A stretch of 64,000 nt of DNA, taken from contig CM000429.1 of the NCBI GenBank assembly GCA_000165345.1, positions 320,001 through 384,000 on the forward strand, in the 5' to 3' direction. Below the pieces are notes generated by a model. That model worked only from the letters and a program-made list of their open reading frames with translations. It was not told the DNA's origin and did not search any database. This document shows positions 31,287 to 44,600 of the stretch, piece by piece. The first letter of the stretch is position 1. The number at the start of each line of letters is the position of its first letter. A program made the position numbers and the translations under genes.

Positions 31287-32954
31287 TTAGATAGAACTTT
31301 TGTTTCTTGAGTGAAATCTTTGTATCCAACGTGAAAGCCTTTGCTCAGATTCGAAAATGATATCATCCCCTTTTCTGAAGGTTGTTGTACTTTTTATATT
31401 ACTTTCATTTATGCTGGAGTTCGATGAATTGCTCGAAATTCCTGAATAAACTGGTGTCCGGATGCTTTCTTCAACATTGGCTTCGTTTCCTATGATTAAT
31501 TGCCTTCTTACGTAACAAAGGCTTTGATCCTTAAAATCGGGGATGGGCTGTTTTTTTGGATAACATTTGTCTTTATGACCGTTTAATCTAGTCGGTGCAG
31601 TAACGGGTGAATACGCACATACCTTCGAATTTGATTTACAAAATACATCTGCAGATCCAGGAACGTTATCCTGGGACCCAAAATTGTATACAGGAGTTTT
31701 TCTCTTTGGAGTAATGTAAGATATCTTTTCATTTTCTTTCCCGGTAGAAATCCCTGTGTATTCTATTTTTTGTGAGACACCTTGATTTGAAACTCTTTTA
31801 TATTCTTGGTTAACTGAATTAACAGTATTTTGACTAATATTTTCATTATTTGAACATGCTATTCCAGTGCTAGCAGATGAATCGATAGATTCGTCTAGAG
31901 TAGATTCCTCTGGAATTATTTTCTTCCCAGATATTTGATCGCCTTTTAATAACGATTCTAGATAACGGTTATAACTAAGAATTTTTTGGTATTCATACAT
32001 TAGAAAATATAAATCCAGCTTTGGGGAGAGCTTTATAGTTTTATATTTAATGAAATCTAGATTGAATATTTCTTCTGCGGAAGGTCTTTTATGCGGATCC
32101 CTTTCAAACATCAGTTTCAATACTGAATTGAGCTCGCTAGAATAAAACTTTGGTAAATCAGGAACCAGACCATCCTTGACATACTTTCTTAGTTCATCAT
32201 AGCTTCTAGCGTAAAATGGAGGCCTTCCAGCTAAAATTTCATAGATACAACAACCCAACGACCAAATATCGCTTTTTTCATCATATTCACCTTTTCCAAG
32301 TACTTCTGGAGACATATAGTAAGGTGTTCCAACATGAGTGGTTGCTAGTTGGTTTCTTCCAGTTAAATATCTTGCAAGCCCAAAATCTCCCAATTTAACT
32401 ATCATAGTCTTTTGCTCAGGTTTATCAAGGTCTTTGTTAATTCTCGAACCCTCCTGTATTTTATTTTTAAGTTCAGGAGATGAAGAGGCTATTATAAAAA
32501 TATTTTGGGGCTTAATATCTCTATGTAGTACCCTATTGCTACGAGTATGACAATAATTTAGTGCGTCTAGAAGTTGAATAAATATTGAGATAACAGTTTC
32601 CTCGTCAATACTTAATCCTAACTTTTTCTTTTTCTTGAGAATATTTCCGAGGTCTCCTTCATCGCAGTACTCCATTATAATATAGATTTGTTGGTTTTGT
32701 TTGTCTATTATACGATCGATGTATTTAATTATATTTCTATGGTTTAATTTTCGAAGTACATTTACTTCATTAACTATTTGTATTTTTTCTTGCTGTGTCA
32801 TATTTTCATAACAAATTTTTTTCCAGACAAATAGCCTTCCATCTGACTTCCTCCTAATTTTATGCACTGTACCAAAACACCCCCTTCCTATTTCTTCAAT
32901 TTCTTCATAGTCTTCCTGGATGAATTGGTTTTTGTGCATGGCTTGTTTCTGCAT
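31287..32954 (-). CDS. NEK-family (NIMA-related) Ser/Thr protein kinase
   Basis: Glycine loop GRGCFGTV, VAIK-equivalent VWKK, HRDIKPQNIF, DFGLAR and GTPYYMSPE...SDIWSLGC. The non-catalytic C-terminal half is Ser/Asn-rich. An insert about 25 aa long sits between the catalytic loop and DFG. Confidence 0.85.
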   Translation of the reverse strand: MQKQAMHKNQFIQEDYEEIEEIGRGCFGTVHKIRRKSDGRLFVWKKICYENMTQQEKIQIVNEVNVLRKLNHRNIIKYIDRIIDKQNQQIYIIMEYCDEGDLGNILKKKKKLGLSIDEETVISIFIQLLDALNYCHTRSNRVLHRDIKPQNIFIIASSSPELKNKIQEGSRINKDLDKPEQKTMIVKLGDFGLARYLTGRNQLATTHVGTPYYMSPEVLGKGEYDEKSDIWSLGCCIYEILAGRPPFYARSYDELRKYVKDGLVPDLPKFYSSELNSVLKLMFERDPHKRPSAEEIFNLDFIKYKTIKLSPKLDLYFLMYEYQKILSYNRYLESLLKGDQISGKKIIPEESTLDESIDSSASTGIACSNNENISQNTVNSVNQEYKRVSNQGVSQKIEYTGISTGKENEKISYITPKRKTPVYNFGSQDNVPGSADVFCKSNSKVCAYSPVTAPTRLNGHKDKCYPKKQPIPDFKDQSLCYVRRQLIIGNEANVEESIRTPVYSGISSNSSNSSINESNIKSTTTFRKGDDIIFESEQRLSRWIQRFHSRNKSSI

Positions 32955-33134
32955 CGTTAATGGACGATAATTTATGGGTTTTGCATATCTATATTAACAA
33001 TACAAACTTTGGGTCTTCCAATGTTTGAAGAACGATCAAAAATTCATAAATAAATCCTTTTTCTTTGTCAACTTACCTCCTTTTTTTTAGCATTACGTGT
33101 TATTACGCATTTCATCCCCACAAATTCTCATGTC

Positions 33135-33146
33135 AATTTGGCGCCA
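33135..33146. promoter_or_regulatory. E2F-like AATTTGGCGCCA in divergent promoter of NEK kinase (-) and 33409 gene (+)
   Basis: Exact palindromic TGGCGCCA core. Confidence 0.45.
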
Positions 33147-33408
33147 CATCACATGCTTTATCCATCAAATAAAGTCTCAATAGAAAATTAATTTGGTTGA
33201 GAAAAGTCACAAAAATTTTGATGGATCCTGGGTAAAACTCGTCGGAGTGTTCTTTTGCAAGTTTATTAACGATTTAAAAGAAGGAAGCGGCGGTAAGTAC
33301 CGTTGTTCCATTGGCGCTACCGACAAATCAAAGCGATAAGGAAATAACAACAGCAATAAATTGACTTAAAAGTTTGCTTGAACAAAGTAAAATTTGAATT
33401 TAATCACA

Positions 33409-34146
33409 ATGGAGGGCGGCGAAAATAAGAATCATGTTGGAATGAACTGCTCTCTCGATGATCTTATCAGAAAAGAAGCTCCAAAAAGGCCGAATGTTAA
33501 CAAATCAATTAAGAAAAACACGAGCCGAGGAAAACCCGTGATGAAAAATAAAAAAATGGTTCGTTCGGAGAGAACATTTATTAGCAAGCGGAATAATGGT
33601 TCAGCACAGGTTTCTTCTGGTAGAAACAATGCCAGCGGCTTGTATAGAGGTACATATAAAAAAGAAGGTAAATCACAATCTTTGTATATGAGAAGAAAAA
33701 AAGATTTTCAAATGAGAACTGAATTAAATAAAAATGATAATATACCTGACAAATACTGTGAATTATCCAATTTAGATGAACGTGAAAGAATAATAAAAAT
33801 GATACGTCTTGAGCACAAAGATGAAGACTTCACACTCCAAGTTCTACTAGATTCGAACCCAATAATTATTGTGAATAAAATAACAGGAGTAATTAAATTA
33901 AATTCTTTTAATTGCAGAACTTCAAGTATGCTTGATGTCTGGAATCTGCTATTAAAGCCTCTCGGCTTATCTTTACAGGTTGTAAATATGGGCAGTGACT
34001 GTACAAACTGGTCAATCACTGATGGTAGTTGTTATATGGAAAATTTTAAAGATGGTATGATAGTTCGTGGATCAGGCTCTAGAGATACTGCTAGGAATGC
34101 TCGGTTTTCAATCCTTGAACAACATATTAGGCAGTTAATCATTTAG
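33409..34146 (+). CDS. Hypothetical basic protein with N-terminal SLDDLI motif (resembles the UAP56-binding motif of Aly/REF-type export adaptors)
   Basis: ORF from first ATG (MEGGENKNHVGMNCSLDDLIRKEAPKRPN). It is Arg/Lys-rich. No RRM is evident. Confidence 0.45.
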   Translation: MEGGENKNHVGMNCSLDDLIRKEAPKRPNVNKSIKKNTSRGKPVMKNKKMVRSERTFISKRNNGSAQVSSGRNNASGLYRGTYKKEGKSQSLYMRRKKDFQMRTELNKNDNIPDKYCELSNLDERERIIKMIRLEHKDEDFTLQVLLDSNPIIIVNKITGVIKLNSFNCRTSSMLDVWNLLLKPLGLSLQVVNMGSDCTNWSITDGSCYMENFKDGMIVRGSGSRDTARNARFSILEQHIRQLII

Positions 34147-34223
34147 TTAATTCATGCTCAGTTAGATATAAATAAATATATATATATATGTATATATAAG
34201 TATTTGTTTAATTCTCCTTAATA

Positions 34224-35057
34224 TTACTTTCTCCAGAAGCTCCTCTTTTTTGAGCTCAGTTCTTGAATCTTCTTTGCTAAGGCCTTTTGCTTTTGCTGTA
34301 ATGCTGCATGCTTTTGTTCAGCAATTGCTAAATCTGATTGTAAGAATTTAAGCTCTACGTTGTCTGCACCATAAACTCCCTCATTCAAAGAAATCACACT
34401 AGATAACTTTTGAATATTTTCAATAATTTTTGATCTTTGTTGCAATGTTTCTTTAGCAAGAGCTTCGGCTTCAAGTAATTCTTGATTTGCCTCTTGTAAA
34501 GTCTTAGCATGAATTCTTTTCAGTCTATTAATTTCAGACTTAAATATTCTAAATTCTGATTGAGATAAGCTAAGTCTTCCAACGCATGTTATGCATGGGG
34601 TTCCAGCTTGTTCTTCTTGCTTGATTGCAACAGAAGGTGGCTCCAGAAATACAATTGGTGCTTCCATATTTTTGAATGCTGATGATAACGACATTTTTGA
34701 AATAACATCTGATAAGTTGTCAACTATTCCCAAACTATTTTCTGCAAATATGTTCTTTGGATTGCGCCTAAGTTCTGCGAATTCTTTAATTCCAGCCCAA
34801 TTATCTTCAATTTGTGTAATGTTATTCTTAATATGTACTAGACCCTTCATTATCTCCTGAGATTGGACAACTAATTGGTCTTGTAGTTCAAAATCTGGAC
34901 TATAGTCTTTCCTTGGAGTTGTTACTTCTGGGTAGAAAACTTTAAAATATGTACCAACAGCTTTGGCAATAGTATCTAAAAGCCCAGCTTCACACCCATG
35001 TGGCTTTCCTATAGTGTAAATTAATAAGGTTAATACTACAGAAAACGAAAGTTTCAT
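34224..35057 (-). CDS. Hypothetical secreted coiled-coil protein
   Basis: The start is moved to the internal Met, giving MKLSFSVVLTLLIYTIGKPHGCEAG as a signal peptide. The 5' extension of the track ORF covers GCATGC promoter motifs at 35136..35162 and is unlikely to be coding. The C-terminal third is coiled coil (QELLEAEALAKETLQQRSKI...). Confidence 0.55.
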   Translation of the reverse strand: MKLSFSVVLTLLIYTIGKPHGCEAGLLDTIAKAVGTYFKVFYPEVTTPRKDYSPDFELQDQLVVQSQEIMKGLVHIKNNITQIEDNWAGIKEFAELRRNPKNIFAENSLGIVDNLSDVISKMSLSSAFKNMEAPIVFLEPPSVAIKQEEQAGTPCITCVGRLSLSQSEFRIFKSEINRLKRIHAKTLQEANQELLEAEALAKETLQQRSKIIENIQKLSSVISLNEGVYGADNVELKFLQSDLAIAEQKHAALQQKQKALAKKIQELSSKKRSFWRK

Positions 35058-35473
35058 TTTTGAATGTAAAATTCTTTTTCTTATTTTTAATGACTTGCAT
35101 TTAGGCTCACCTATAATGATAAATGCAATTATATTTGCATGCAATTGTTTACATGCATGCACATAGTCACCGCCTAAACATTATAAAATTAATAGCAAAT
35201 TTAATAAAAAATAATTAAAGTAAAGGCAGAATATACCATTGATTTTGAGAAACTCTCAATCAAATTTGTGAAAATAATTTACTCGAAAATAAGCCCTGCA
35301 GCTAAAAGAAAATGAAAATCTACTGCAAACATGTAGAGAAACTAAACAAAAGGGATTAAAGCTCAGTTGCATGCGCTCTAAAATAAATATACAAAATTTA
35401 AATAAATTTGTTTATTATCTTTGAAAAAAAATTCTTAAATTTTTTTGCTGTGCATGTGAACCACAAAGAAGAA

Positions 35474-35510
35474 TTGGCGCCCTCATGTGGTCAATGTTTG
35501 CGCATGCAAC
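35474..35510. promoter_or_regulatory. ATTGGCGCCC E2F-like site plus TTTGCGCATGCAAC (GCATGC motif) upstream of giant gene
   Basis: Two GC-rich motifs within 40 bp, 115-150 bp upstream of the ATG at 35626. More GCATGC copies are at 35136..35162 and 35388..35395. Confidence 0.4.
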
Positions 35511-35625
35511 ACAAAGTCAACGGTATACAAATAAAACAAAGTTTTAGTTAATAAATTAAATCAAATGATTAAAGTTATATTACATATGAGTAGGCTTGCT
35601 AATAAAATTTAATAATTAATTGAAG

Positions 35626-38600
35626 ATGTTAGTTATTACAGAGAAAATCTATCATATAAAACTACTGGTGATATTTCTCGTAATAATAATCAAAATAGGC
35701 GTGGTAAATACTGAACATGATTTGGTTTGTCCAATTGGATATATTTTAGAAGGAAATCATTGTAAATTGTGCGAATCTGGTACATTTTCAAATAAAGAAA
35801 CAAATAGTTGTACAGCTTGTGGAGAAGGTAAATATTCATTTCCAGGAAGCTATTCTCAATCTTTATGTTTCCAATGCTCAATAGGAACTTACTCAGAAAA
35901 AGAAAAATCAAATAGCTGTGAAATTTGTCCAAATAATCAGATTACATCAACTATTGGTTCAACAAAAAAAGAGGATTGTTTTTGTATGCCTGGCTTTAAG
36001 CCAGCAAGTCTAAGAGATGAAACTTGCGTTCAATGCGCTTCAACTGAGTGGTGTTATAGAGTGTCTCCTAATTCCGGAGGGTTTTGGAATGTAGCATCTT
36101 ATTGCTATAGTGTAGATTTAAGTAAATATTCAAAAGACTCGACAACACATTTACTTTGTAATGATATGTCTTTGATGAGCTCAAAAACGGCAAATTTTCA
36201 AATTCCATGTTTTGGAAGTCAATGTGAAAGCTTATACAGGAATAACGAGGTAATTTCAAATAACAATATTAATTCACTTATGGTAGTTAGATGTAAAGAA
36301 GGCAGTTCTGGTTTCCTTTGCGATGATTGCGAGGATGGTTATGCAAAGATAGATGGGTTATTGGGAGAAGTTGGTTCATGCAAAAAATGCAGTTTATTGA
36401 ACTTCACGCCATTTATTTTAAGTAATTTATTTATTTTTGGTTTAATTATTTACTCTGTTTGGGTCTTGCGTTTGGAACCAACTGCAAATGAAGAAGAAAT
36501 GCCTATTGTTCAAGTTACAATTATTAGAACAACTATCCAACACATGCAGTTTCTGGGTCTGCTGATTACAACTAATGTGGTAAGGTTCGAGTATTTTCCA
36601 AATTTAACAGTTGCAATTTCATATTTAGGATCGAGTAACTCTTTTTTACCACTTTTTCAATGTTTATTGTCAAAGTTTGGTATTGATAGACATGGCCCAG
36701 AAGCTTTGAAGATATATTCAATTGTTATATCAACTATGCCTTTTCTCCTTATTATTTTTGCCATAATTGCTGCCCCAATTCTAAGATATTTTAGGGAGAA
36801 AGAGGTTAGAGGTTTTTTATTAGGACGACAAGAAATGGAAGGAGAATGTCTACAATTTCAGAAGTCATATTTTTCTTGGGTTTTTAGCTTATTTATTGTA
36901 TCCTTTTTCTGTTATTTTTCAATGAGTATCAAAAATATTTATTCAATTATTAGTTGTACATCGCTTAACATTGACATTCAAAACCCCACTAATTCATTAA
37001 TGGGTAGTTACGTAACGCCAGAAAGTATGAATTTATTTCAAAATACAAATAATGAAATTCCTGGATTATTATCGGTTGTTTCAATTGCGAAAGAAAATAT
37101 TTGTTGGAGTCATGGACATTTTGTCGCCATATTTTACTCTCTCATTGGTTTAGTCTTCTGGCATATTTTAATACCTATTGTATACTTGCTTTGCATTTAT
37201 TTTGATACAAAAAATGACAAAATTCAACGTAGGAGACTAGTATATGGGTGGTGGATAAGTGGATATGAAAATACAAATATGAATATTTGGGAGATCACTA
37301 CTTATTTGAGTCAAATAATTTACTTGATAGTGATACTCTTGATTGGAATACTTCATACATTTAATTACGTTGTTGCGTATTATGCAGTTCCGGGTGGCTC
37401 ACATTATGAGACTTTAAATCCGCTTTGTTCTCCAATTTTGTCATCATTTTGTTGTATTGTGTTGACTATTTCCTTGGACAGTATTTATAGCTTTGTGAGG
37501 CCAAATTCTCAAGACTTTTTGCGTACAGGCATTCAAAAAGTTGATATTTCTTCAGTAGGCGTCGAAGATGAACTACTAACAGAAGAACAAAAGCAAAAAC
37601 AGAAAGTTGCTTATGGAGGAGTGAATTCAAAACAAACAAGTAGATTGAATTGGAGTTCGTATTTTTATTTTATTCGTCGAATGTCAAGCTTTTCAATTAT
37701 TACAGTCATTTTTGCATCAATACTGCCAAGACTAAATGTAAACATAGAAAATAAGATTGAAAACCTTAGAGGAACATGGATAGATTCTGTGGATACAAGT
37801 CTTATACCACTGGGATATGGAGATTTTTCTATCCGTTTTTTTTCAATATTTTCAGTTATAGTAAATTATTTTTTTATTTTTATAATACTATTTTCGGTAT
37901 TAGGGATAAAGATATACAAAAGGGTTTTGCCGATGCTATCATCAAAATCAAAAGTAGAAGTAAATATCAAGTCAATGAGTGATTTTGCAAGCAGCTCCGA
38001 TTCAATTAAGCAAGTAAACAAGGGAAATCAAGTCAATGGAAGAATTTCTAATATTGGAAATGCATTTGTATCATATCATGATATGAACAAGACTAGTCAA
38101 ATAGGAGATCAAGATGGAGAAAGAGTTGATGACGAAATTTCAATAGAACAACTTATCAGAATGCACTTAAGAACGGATTGTCTGGGGTTTTTATCGCATG
38201 AAGATCGTGTATCTGTTGTGGTCGCAATAAAAAGATGTGATAATCGACAGGAAGGGTTGGCAATTTCACTTAGAGCAACATTAGATTCTAGATTCGGTGA
38301 AAGTGGTAAATATACGTTAATTGAAAATAATTTATTTGTTTGTGAGTCTCTAAGAAGCTATGGATTTTCAGATTTTGGAATGGAGAAATTGATTGAAGAT
38401 TTAATAGAGATACACATTTCTATCACAAACAGAATTAAAAGTGTTAGTAGGAACTCATTAAAAATGGCATTAGATTTATGTATTATTAATTATCCAGAAG
38501 TTGCACAAAAACTGGGCATGGAAGTGATAGTGCCTCCAGATTTGAATTTAAATAATATGAATGAGAAGTCAAACATTGAAACTAATAATAATACAGAGGC

Positions 38601-41600
38601 GTTATATTCCTTACATCTGAGGAAACTACTTGCAAGGCTAAGTTTAAATGCGCTGATCTTGGACATTAGTGATAACTTCTTTAGAATTCCAAGATCAATC
38701 CCTATTTCATTAAGATTAAAGCTAAATAGAGGAACAGGCCTACTGTTTTCTGAACCTAATTTAGAAAATAATGGAATAGAAAATATGGAATTGAACCACT
38801 CTTTGATTAATGAAGATACTAAGGACAAGAAATACAACGTACCTATTCCTGGGTATATTGAAGAGGAATATAATGAACCAAGATCTTTGGATGTTGACCT
38901 AATGTTATCCATAAAGAAATTAACAGAGTGTGACCCAAGAACTGTCTTGGAAGAAACCAGTCATCCAATAGCATTTGAAAAAGCGACAAGAAACTCGATT
39001 ACAAGTGATAAAGTATTACAGACTTTATTTTCATTAATAGAACCTGAGTTTAAGTCCCAACTTAGAAGTTCATTAGAGCTTAATAAAGAAGAATTAAAAG
39101 AGGGTATTGGAGAATTGGACAGAAATCAGGATGAGGAAATTGTTCAATTGTTGTTAGGACTAAATCCAGACGAAAATATTGGTAGCGAAACAATTCTAAC
39201 ATTACTTAATGATTTAGAAACCATTGGTAATAGTACTTCTGATTATATGGATAATAAATCTCATTTATCTGATTCAGAATTTCATTCCCCAGATGAACAT
39301 AAAGTTAGTTCAGTTTCCAAAAAAATAGGATTTTCTTTAAAAAATTTAAAGAATAAAAATAATACAAAAGGTGATATAGTTAATGAAGATAGTAATGCTG
39401 TTCAATCAAAGAACAAAATGTCTTTAAAGCTAAAAAATTCAATATATAATTTATTTCTACTTAGAGTATTGGATCTAAAGTCATGGTTAAGTCAGTATAG
39501 AAAGCAATATATTGAAGAAACTAATAAGAGAATGGAAAGTTTAAGACAGTACAATTATTTGAATTTTGATAATAATTTTACTATACCACAAGGAAATAAT
39601 ACTAGGAATACTTCAAATACTAGTTCAAGCATTGCAGATAATAATAATAGTAATACCAATGGAGTTAATGAAAATAATAATGGCACTATCAATAATAACT
39701 CAATTATTAAATCAAGTGAATTAGACGTAACAGCTGCTGCTTCTTATTCATCAAAAATAAGTATTGAAGCAAAAGAGAATTTAAAAATGATGACAGATTT
39801 GGTATCAAATTTAAATAGATACGCAAGTCCAAGCATGCTTTTTTATTATTTACAATTATGTAAAAGATTAAGTTTAGGTGCAGATTTTACAATGACTTCA
39901 TTAATACCAGATAATTTGTTGTATAAAGGCGTAATTAGCAATGAAGAGGCATTAAGATTATATAGAGAAATTAATCCTAGTTTGAATTTTAATGATAATC
40001 CTCTTGGCTTTGATGTCGCAACTATTCACGAATTTTCAGCATTGAATACACCTAATTTGAATTTAAAAAGAGAGTTGGAATTGACAATAGAATCACAAAG
40101 AGAGTTTAATATGATTTTTCCATCAGCATTGCCATGTATACATTCAATATTTTGGGTTCCTTTTGATATTTATGATGATGACAATTTATGGATAATTCAA
40201 AGTAGAGAAAGACAGAATATTTCTCAGTTACTAGATTGTTTATCAAAGGATCATCCACAAATAATAGAATTACCATATATTGATGAAGAAGCTATGGATG
40301 AAAAAATGGAATGCGTAGAATTTGATAAAAATGACCAAGGCCTAACTAAACAAACATTGTATACATTATTACCACAAATTTCAAATAATGGAGGAATTGA
40401 AGATGGTTCTTGGCTTTGGAGTGAATTACCGATCAGATTTGCAATTGATTTAAATGGTTTAACAATTAGAAAGATGCATTCATCCTCAAATTATCCAAAA
40501 AGCATTTATTTATCTGGAAACCCATTATCAGTTTTAGGTCCTCAATCACCTCAATGGGCATTTATGAGCCATAAATCAGATAGAATTAATTATTTAAATG
40601 GAGTTTGCACTTTGAATTATAATATTATTAATAACAATAATAATAATAATAATATAGATTTTGATTCAAGCACAATATTTGGTGATCAAGCAATAATTGT
40701 TGCCCCAGGTATAGAAGTTAAAGGAACATCATTTACAATTGAAGTTTGGGTGAAATTGCCCCCGTTGTTTGATAAATTGGAAGAAATTAAAGAAGAAAAA
40801 GAATCGGATTCAGAAGTAAAAAATCAAAAAAGTAAATCAAAGTCTAAATCAAGAGCTAAAAGCAGAACAAAAATGGAGGGAAGAATTAGTTCAAGAGCAA
40901 AAAGTAAAAAGAAAAAAGTAGATATGCTATCTTCAAATAAAGATAAAAATCAATCATTATTAAGTCTAAGTAAATTACAAAAGAAACTTGTTGAAATAAA
41001 AGGAGGGAAAGAAGAAGATGATGAAAATGAACAAGCAAGTCTTGATGGAACAAATTCAGAAATCAGTGGAATTCAAAAAGAATCAGATGATTTAAATAAT
41101 GTTAATATGAAGAAAAAATTAGAATTACCAACATTACAAGTCCTATGTAGTACTGATGCAATGGAAGGATTATTTACAGTACATAGACCAACAGGAACAA
41201 TAGGATTTTGGGATAGTAATGGAAGATTTTTAAAATGCGTAATTAAGAATGATCAAAAAGAAATAAATAAGAATGAAATGCAATTTAAAAATTCTTCTTA
41301 TGTTGCATCTAATATTGCAACATTGCAAAATATTTATTCACAATTAGGATTGATAAAAAGAAGTACCTATTGCAAAGAAACTAATCAAGATATTGAACAA
41401 TTTATTAATTACATTGAAGATCCATTAATTCTTGATCCATGGGTTTTAGTACATATTGTTTATAATATGGGATCAATAAAATATTATGTAAATGGTAGGT
41501 TTATTGGTTCAATTAGAAAACCAAATGGTTTAAAAGGTGATATATCAGTAATTGGAGGAGGATTAGAAAGTGGATCAGGATGGGGTTATTTTAGTCAATT

Positions 41601-44600
41601 TAGAGTTTATGGAGTGCATACAAGTAATGAACAAATAAAAAGACGTTATGAATCATATATTTCACTCAATTCAGATAATTCATTTATTACTAAAATTAAT
41701 AAATTAACATCATCAACAATTAATTGGGCATTAACATTATGGAGAAGTGGTGCTGTAGGATTTTTCATATGGAAATATAGTCAAATAAATTTAAAACAAA
41801 ATGATGTTACGTATTTAATAGAATTAATTAATAGAAAAAGAAATGTTTTATGTAATGGAGATATTGTTGATGAGTCAGATAACGATAATAGCAATTTAAA
41901 AAATGGAATATTACTATTTGGTGTAATTATTAGAATATTAAAAGGAGAAAGATCTTTTCCATATTATTATGTATATGAACCATTACCCTATTTAGAAAGT
42001 ATTCAAGATGAGAACAGTGAAAAAAATGAATCAAATAATAAAATACAATTATCACCCATGAAATATAAAATGACTTCAATAACATCACAATTAGGGTATA
42101 GAATAACCGAAGATTATAAGAAAATTAAATTAGATAATGAAAAAGTATATAGAATGAACCCATTATTTTATCAGCCAAGTATAGTACCTGGCCCAGGAAT
42201 GTCAGAGTGTTTATTATTAGCATTTAACACAAAAAGTAATAATTCTGGATTATTGATAACACCACCAATTGAGTTGCAGAAAAAAATTATAAATAAAAAT
42301 AGAAATGCAAAGAATTCTATGAATAAAGATGATCAGAAAAAAAAAGGTAATGGTTTATTGAATGGTAATTTTGATGAAAAAAATGATGAAATATCAGAAA
42401 TTTCAGAATGTTATAATGGTTGGACAATAACTGTATGGTTTCATTATCCATTACTAACAAATTATTCATATACAATAAATAATTCTTCGAATCAAAATGA
42501 TGAGGATATGGTTACGAATAATTCCAAGAAAAAATCTAACTCAGATATTGATCATTATATAGTATTAGTAACGGGTAAAAATGATTCACATATAATAATA
42601 AATGAAAATATGGATGTTGGAGTATACAAAAACTTTTCACAGATCAGCAATAATAATATTAATATTAATAATAATAATAATAGTAATAATAGTAGTAATA
42701 ATAATAATAATTATAATTATTATAATAATTATAATAATAATAATAATAGTAATAATAATAATAATAATAATTACAATAATTACAATAATAATTATTATAA
42801 TAATAATTATTATAATAATTATAATAATAATATTAATATTAATAATAACAATTATATTAATAATAATACAAGCAATTATATTGAAAAGGGCTTTTATTCA
42901 TCTGGGTTTAATTTAAATAAATCAGAATTGCCTATCGGTTGGCATATGTTAACGGTTGTCGGTAAACCAAGAATGGAATATACAAAAACGGAAGATGAGA
43001 AAGAAAGGAGTATAGTTGGAGGAGGAGGATTAGGTTTCACGGAAATTACTAAGCCTATGCAGAAAAATATTAATTTATCAACACAATATAAGTGGTGCCA
43101 AGAATTTTATATTGACGGACAAATTATGGGTATTAGCTCATATTGTACCCATGAAAGTATTGTTATGATTGGAAATAGTTTATTTTTAGAAAATGCATTT
43201 GGAATATTTACATGTCCAAGAATTTTTAGTCACTCATTCTCACCGATGGAAATACATACTGATTTTTTGTCTTACAATTATTTAATAAAAGCAGGAAGTT
43301 GGAATTCAAAAGATGATATTTTATTACAATTTGATTATAACTCTATTACAAAGGAATTTCGTGTATTAGAAAATCCAAGCAACAAATTAAGATATATTTA
43401 TAATTTTGGTTCATCCCAATACTCGAATAAATATGATCAATTAAAAAATGTAACAAAAGACAGACGAAAAAAGAAAAAAAAACAATTATTAGAGGGAAAC
43501 TTGGAAATTGATGACCAATCTTATTGGTTAGATGAGATGGAATGCCAATCACCTTTGTTTAATTATATTGAAACATTTTTGAATAATAACTCATTTGATA
43601 ATGAAGCTAAATATATAATGGCAATAAGTAATAGCATGATTAATCAATCTGAAAGTGAAAGTAATAATAATAATGATAGTGCTAGCAATAATGTTAAAAC
43701 AAATAAGATTAATGATATTCTTGAAAATTTTTCAAATATTAACAAAAATAATAAAGAAGAAGTATGCCAAATAAATGTAAAAAATAATGGCATTATTACT
43801 ATTCATAGAGGGCCAACCAATGAAAATATATGTATTGACCCAACTCAAATTTTTATTCTAGAAAAAAAATCGGGATATTCGACAGAAGGTGGGAGTGTAA
43901 TATTAGAAAGGCCAGTAAGATTAAGTAAGAATTGGTCATGTGAAGTTTGGTTTTATGTTCCTTTTGAGATAACATTTCATCCTTATTGTTTGATATCAAA
44001 TAGTGACGGTATAGGATTTATTGTAATAGGTTTAAATGGTGAATTGGGATCAATACAAAGAAAAATAACAAATATGTATGAAAATAATGGTGTGATTTCT
44101 AAGAAAAATAATAAATATGATTCAAAAGGATATGAAAAGAATAATAATCGATTACAATTTTTATCTTGGGATGTAAATTTGAGAGATCATGTTGATGTTG
44201 GTTGGTACCATATGGTTGTTACATTTAATACAACGCAAAATAACACAATAACAACTTATATTAATTCTCAATGTATTGGAAAGAAGATGAATGCGTTTGA
44301 ATTACCACATCATCAAAGTCCATGGATTGACTGTATTGGTAATTTAAAATCATTCAAAGGAAATTACATTGCACCATTTGGACTATTTGGGCATTTAAAA
44401 ATATATGATTTTGCATTGTCTACGATAGAGGTCGGATTATTGTACAAAAGTTGGATGTGCCATAAAAATTTAAAGAAAGAAATATTAAATCGTCACATTA
44501 AACAAGAAAAATCTGCAATAACTAAGAACTACACTTTGTACAAAAATTTAATGAACAAAAATAATAATTTCAAGGAAGAGGAACGATCTGAAAACAAGGA

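Noticed and set aside
34224-35162. Track ORF start at 35162 (MHACKQLHANIIAF...)
   Set aside because: The 5' 105 nt overlap GCATGC promoter motifs and precede a clean signal peptide at the internal Met (35057). The extension is treated as non-coding.
40790-40930. Poly-Lys/Ser (KSKSKSKSRAKSRTK...KKKK) tract in giant gene considered as possible separate NLS-bearing exon or inserted element
   Set aside because: It is in frame and continuous with the flanking LamG-like segments. No splice signals or repeat boundaries are present. It is interpreted as a low-complexity loop insertion.
42602-42916. 104-aa poly-Ile ORF on + strand
   Set aside because: It is a frame-shifted reading of the AAT/ATT microsatellite within the giant gene.
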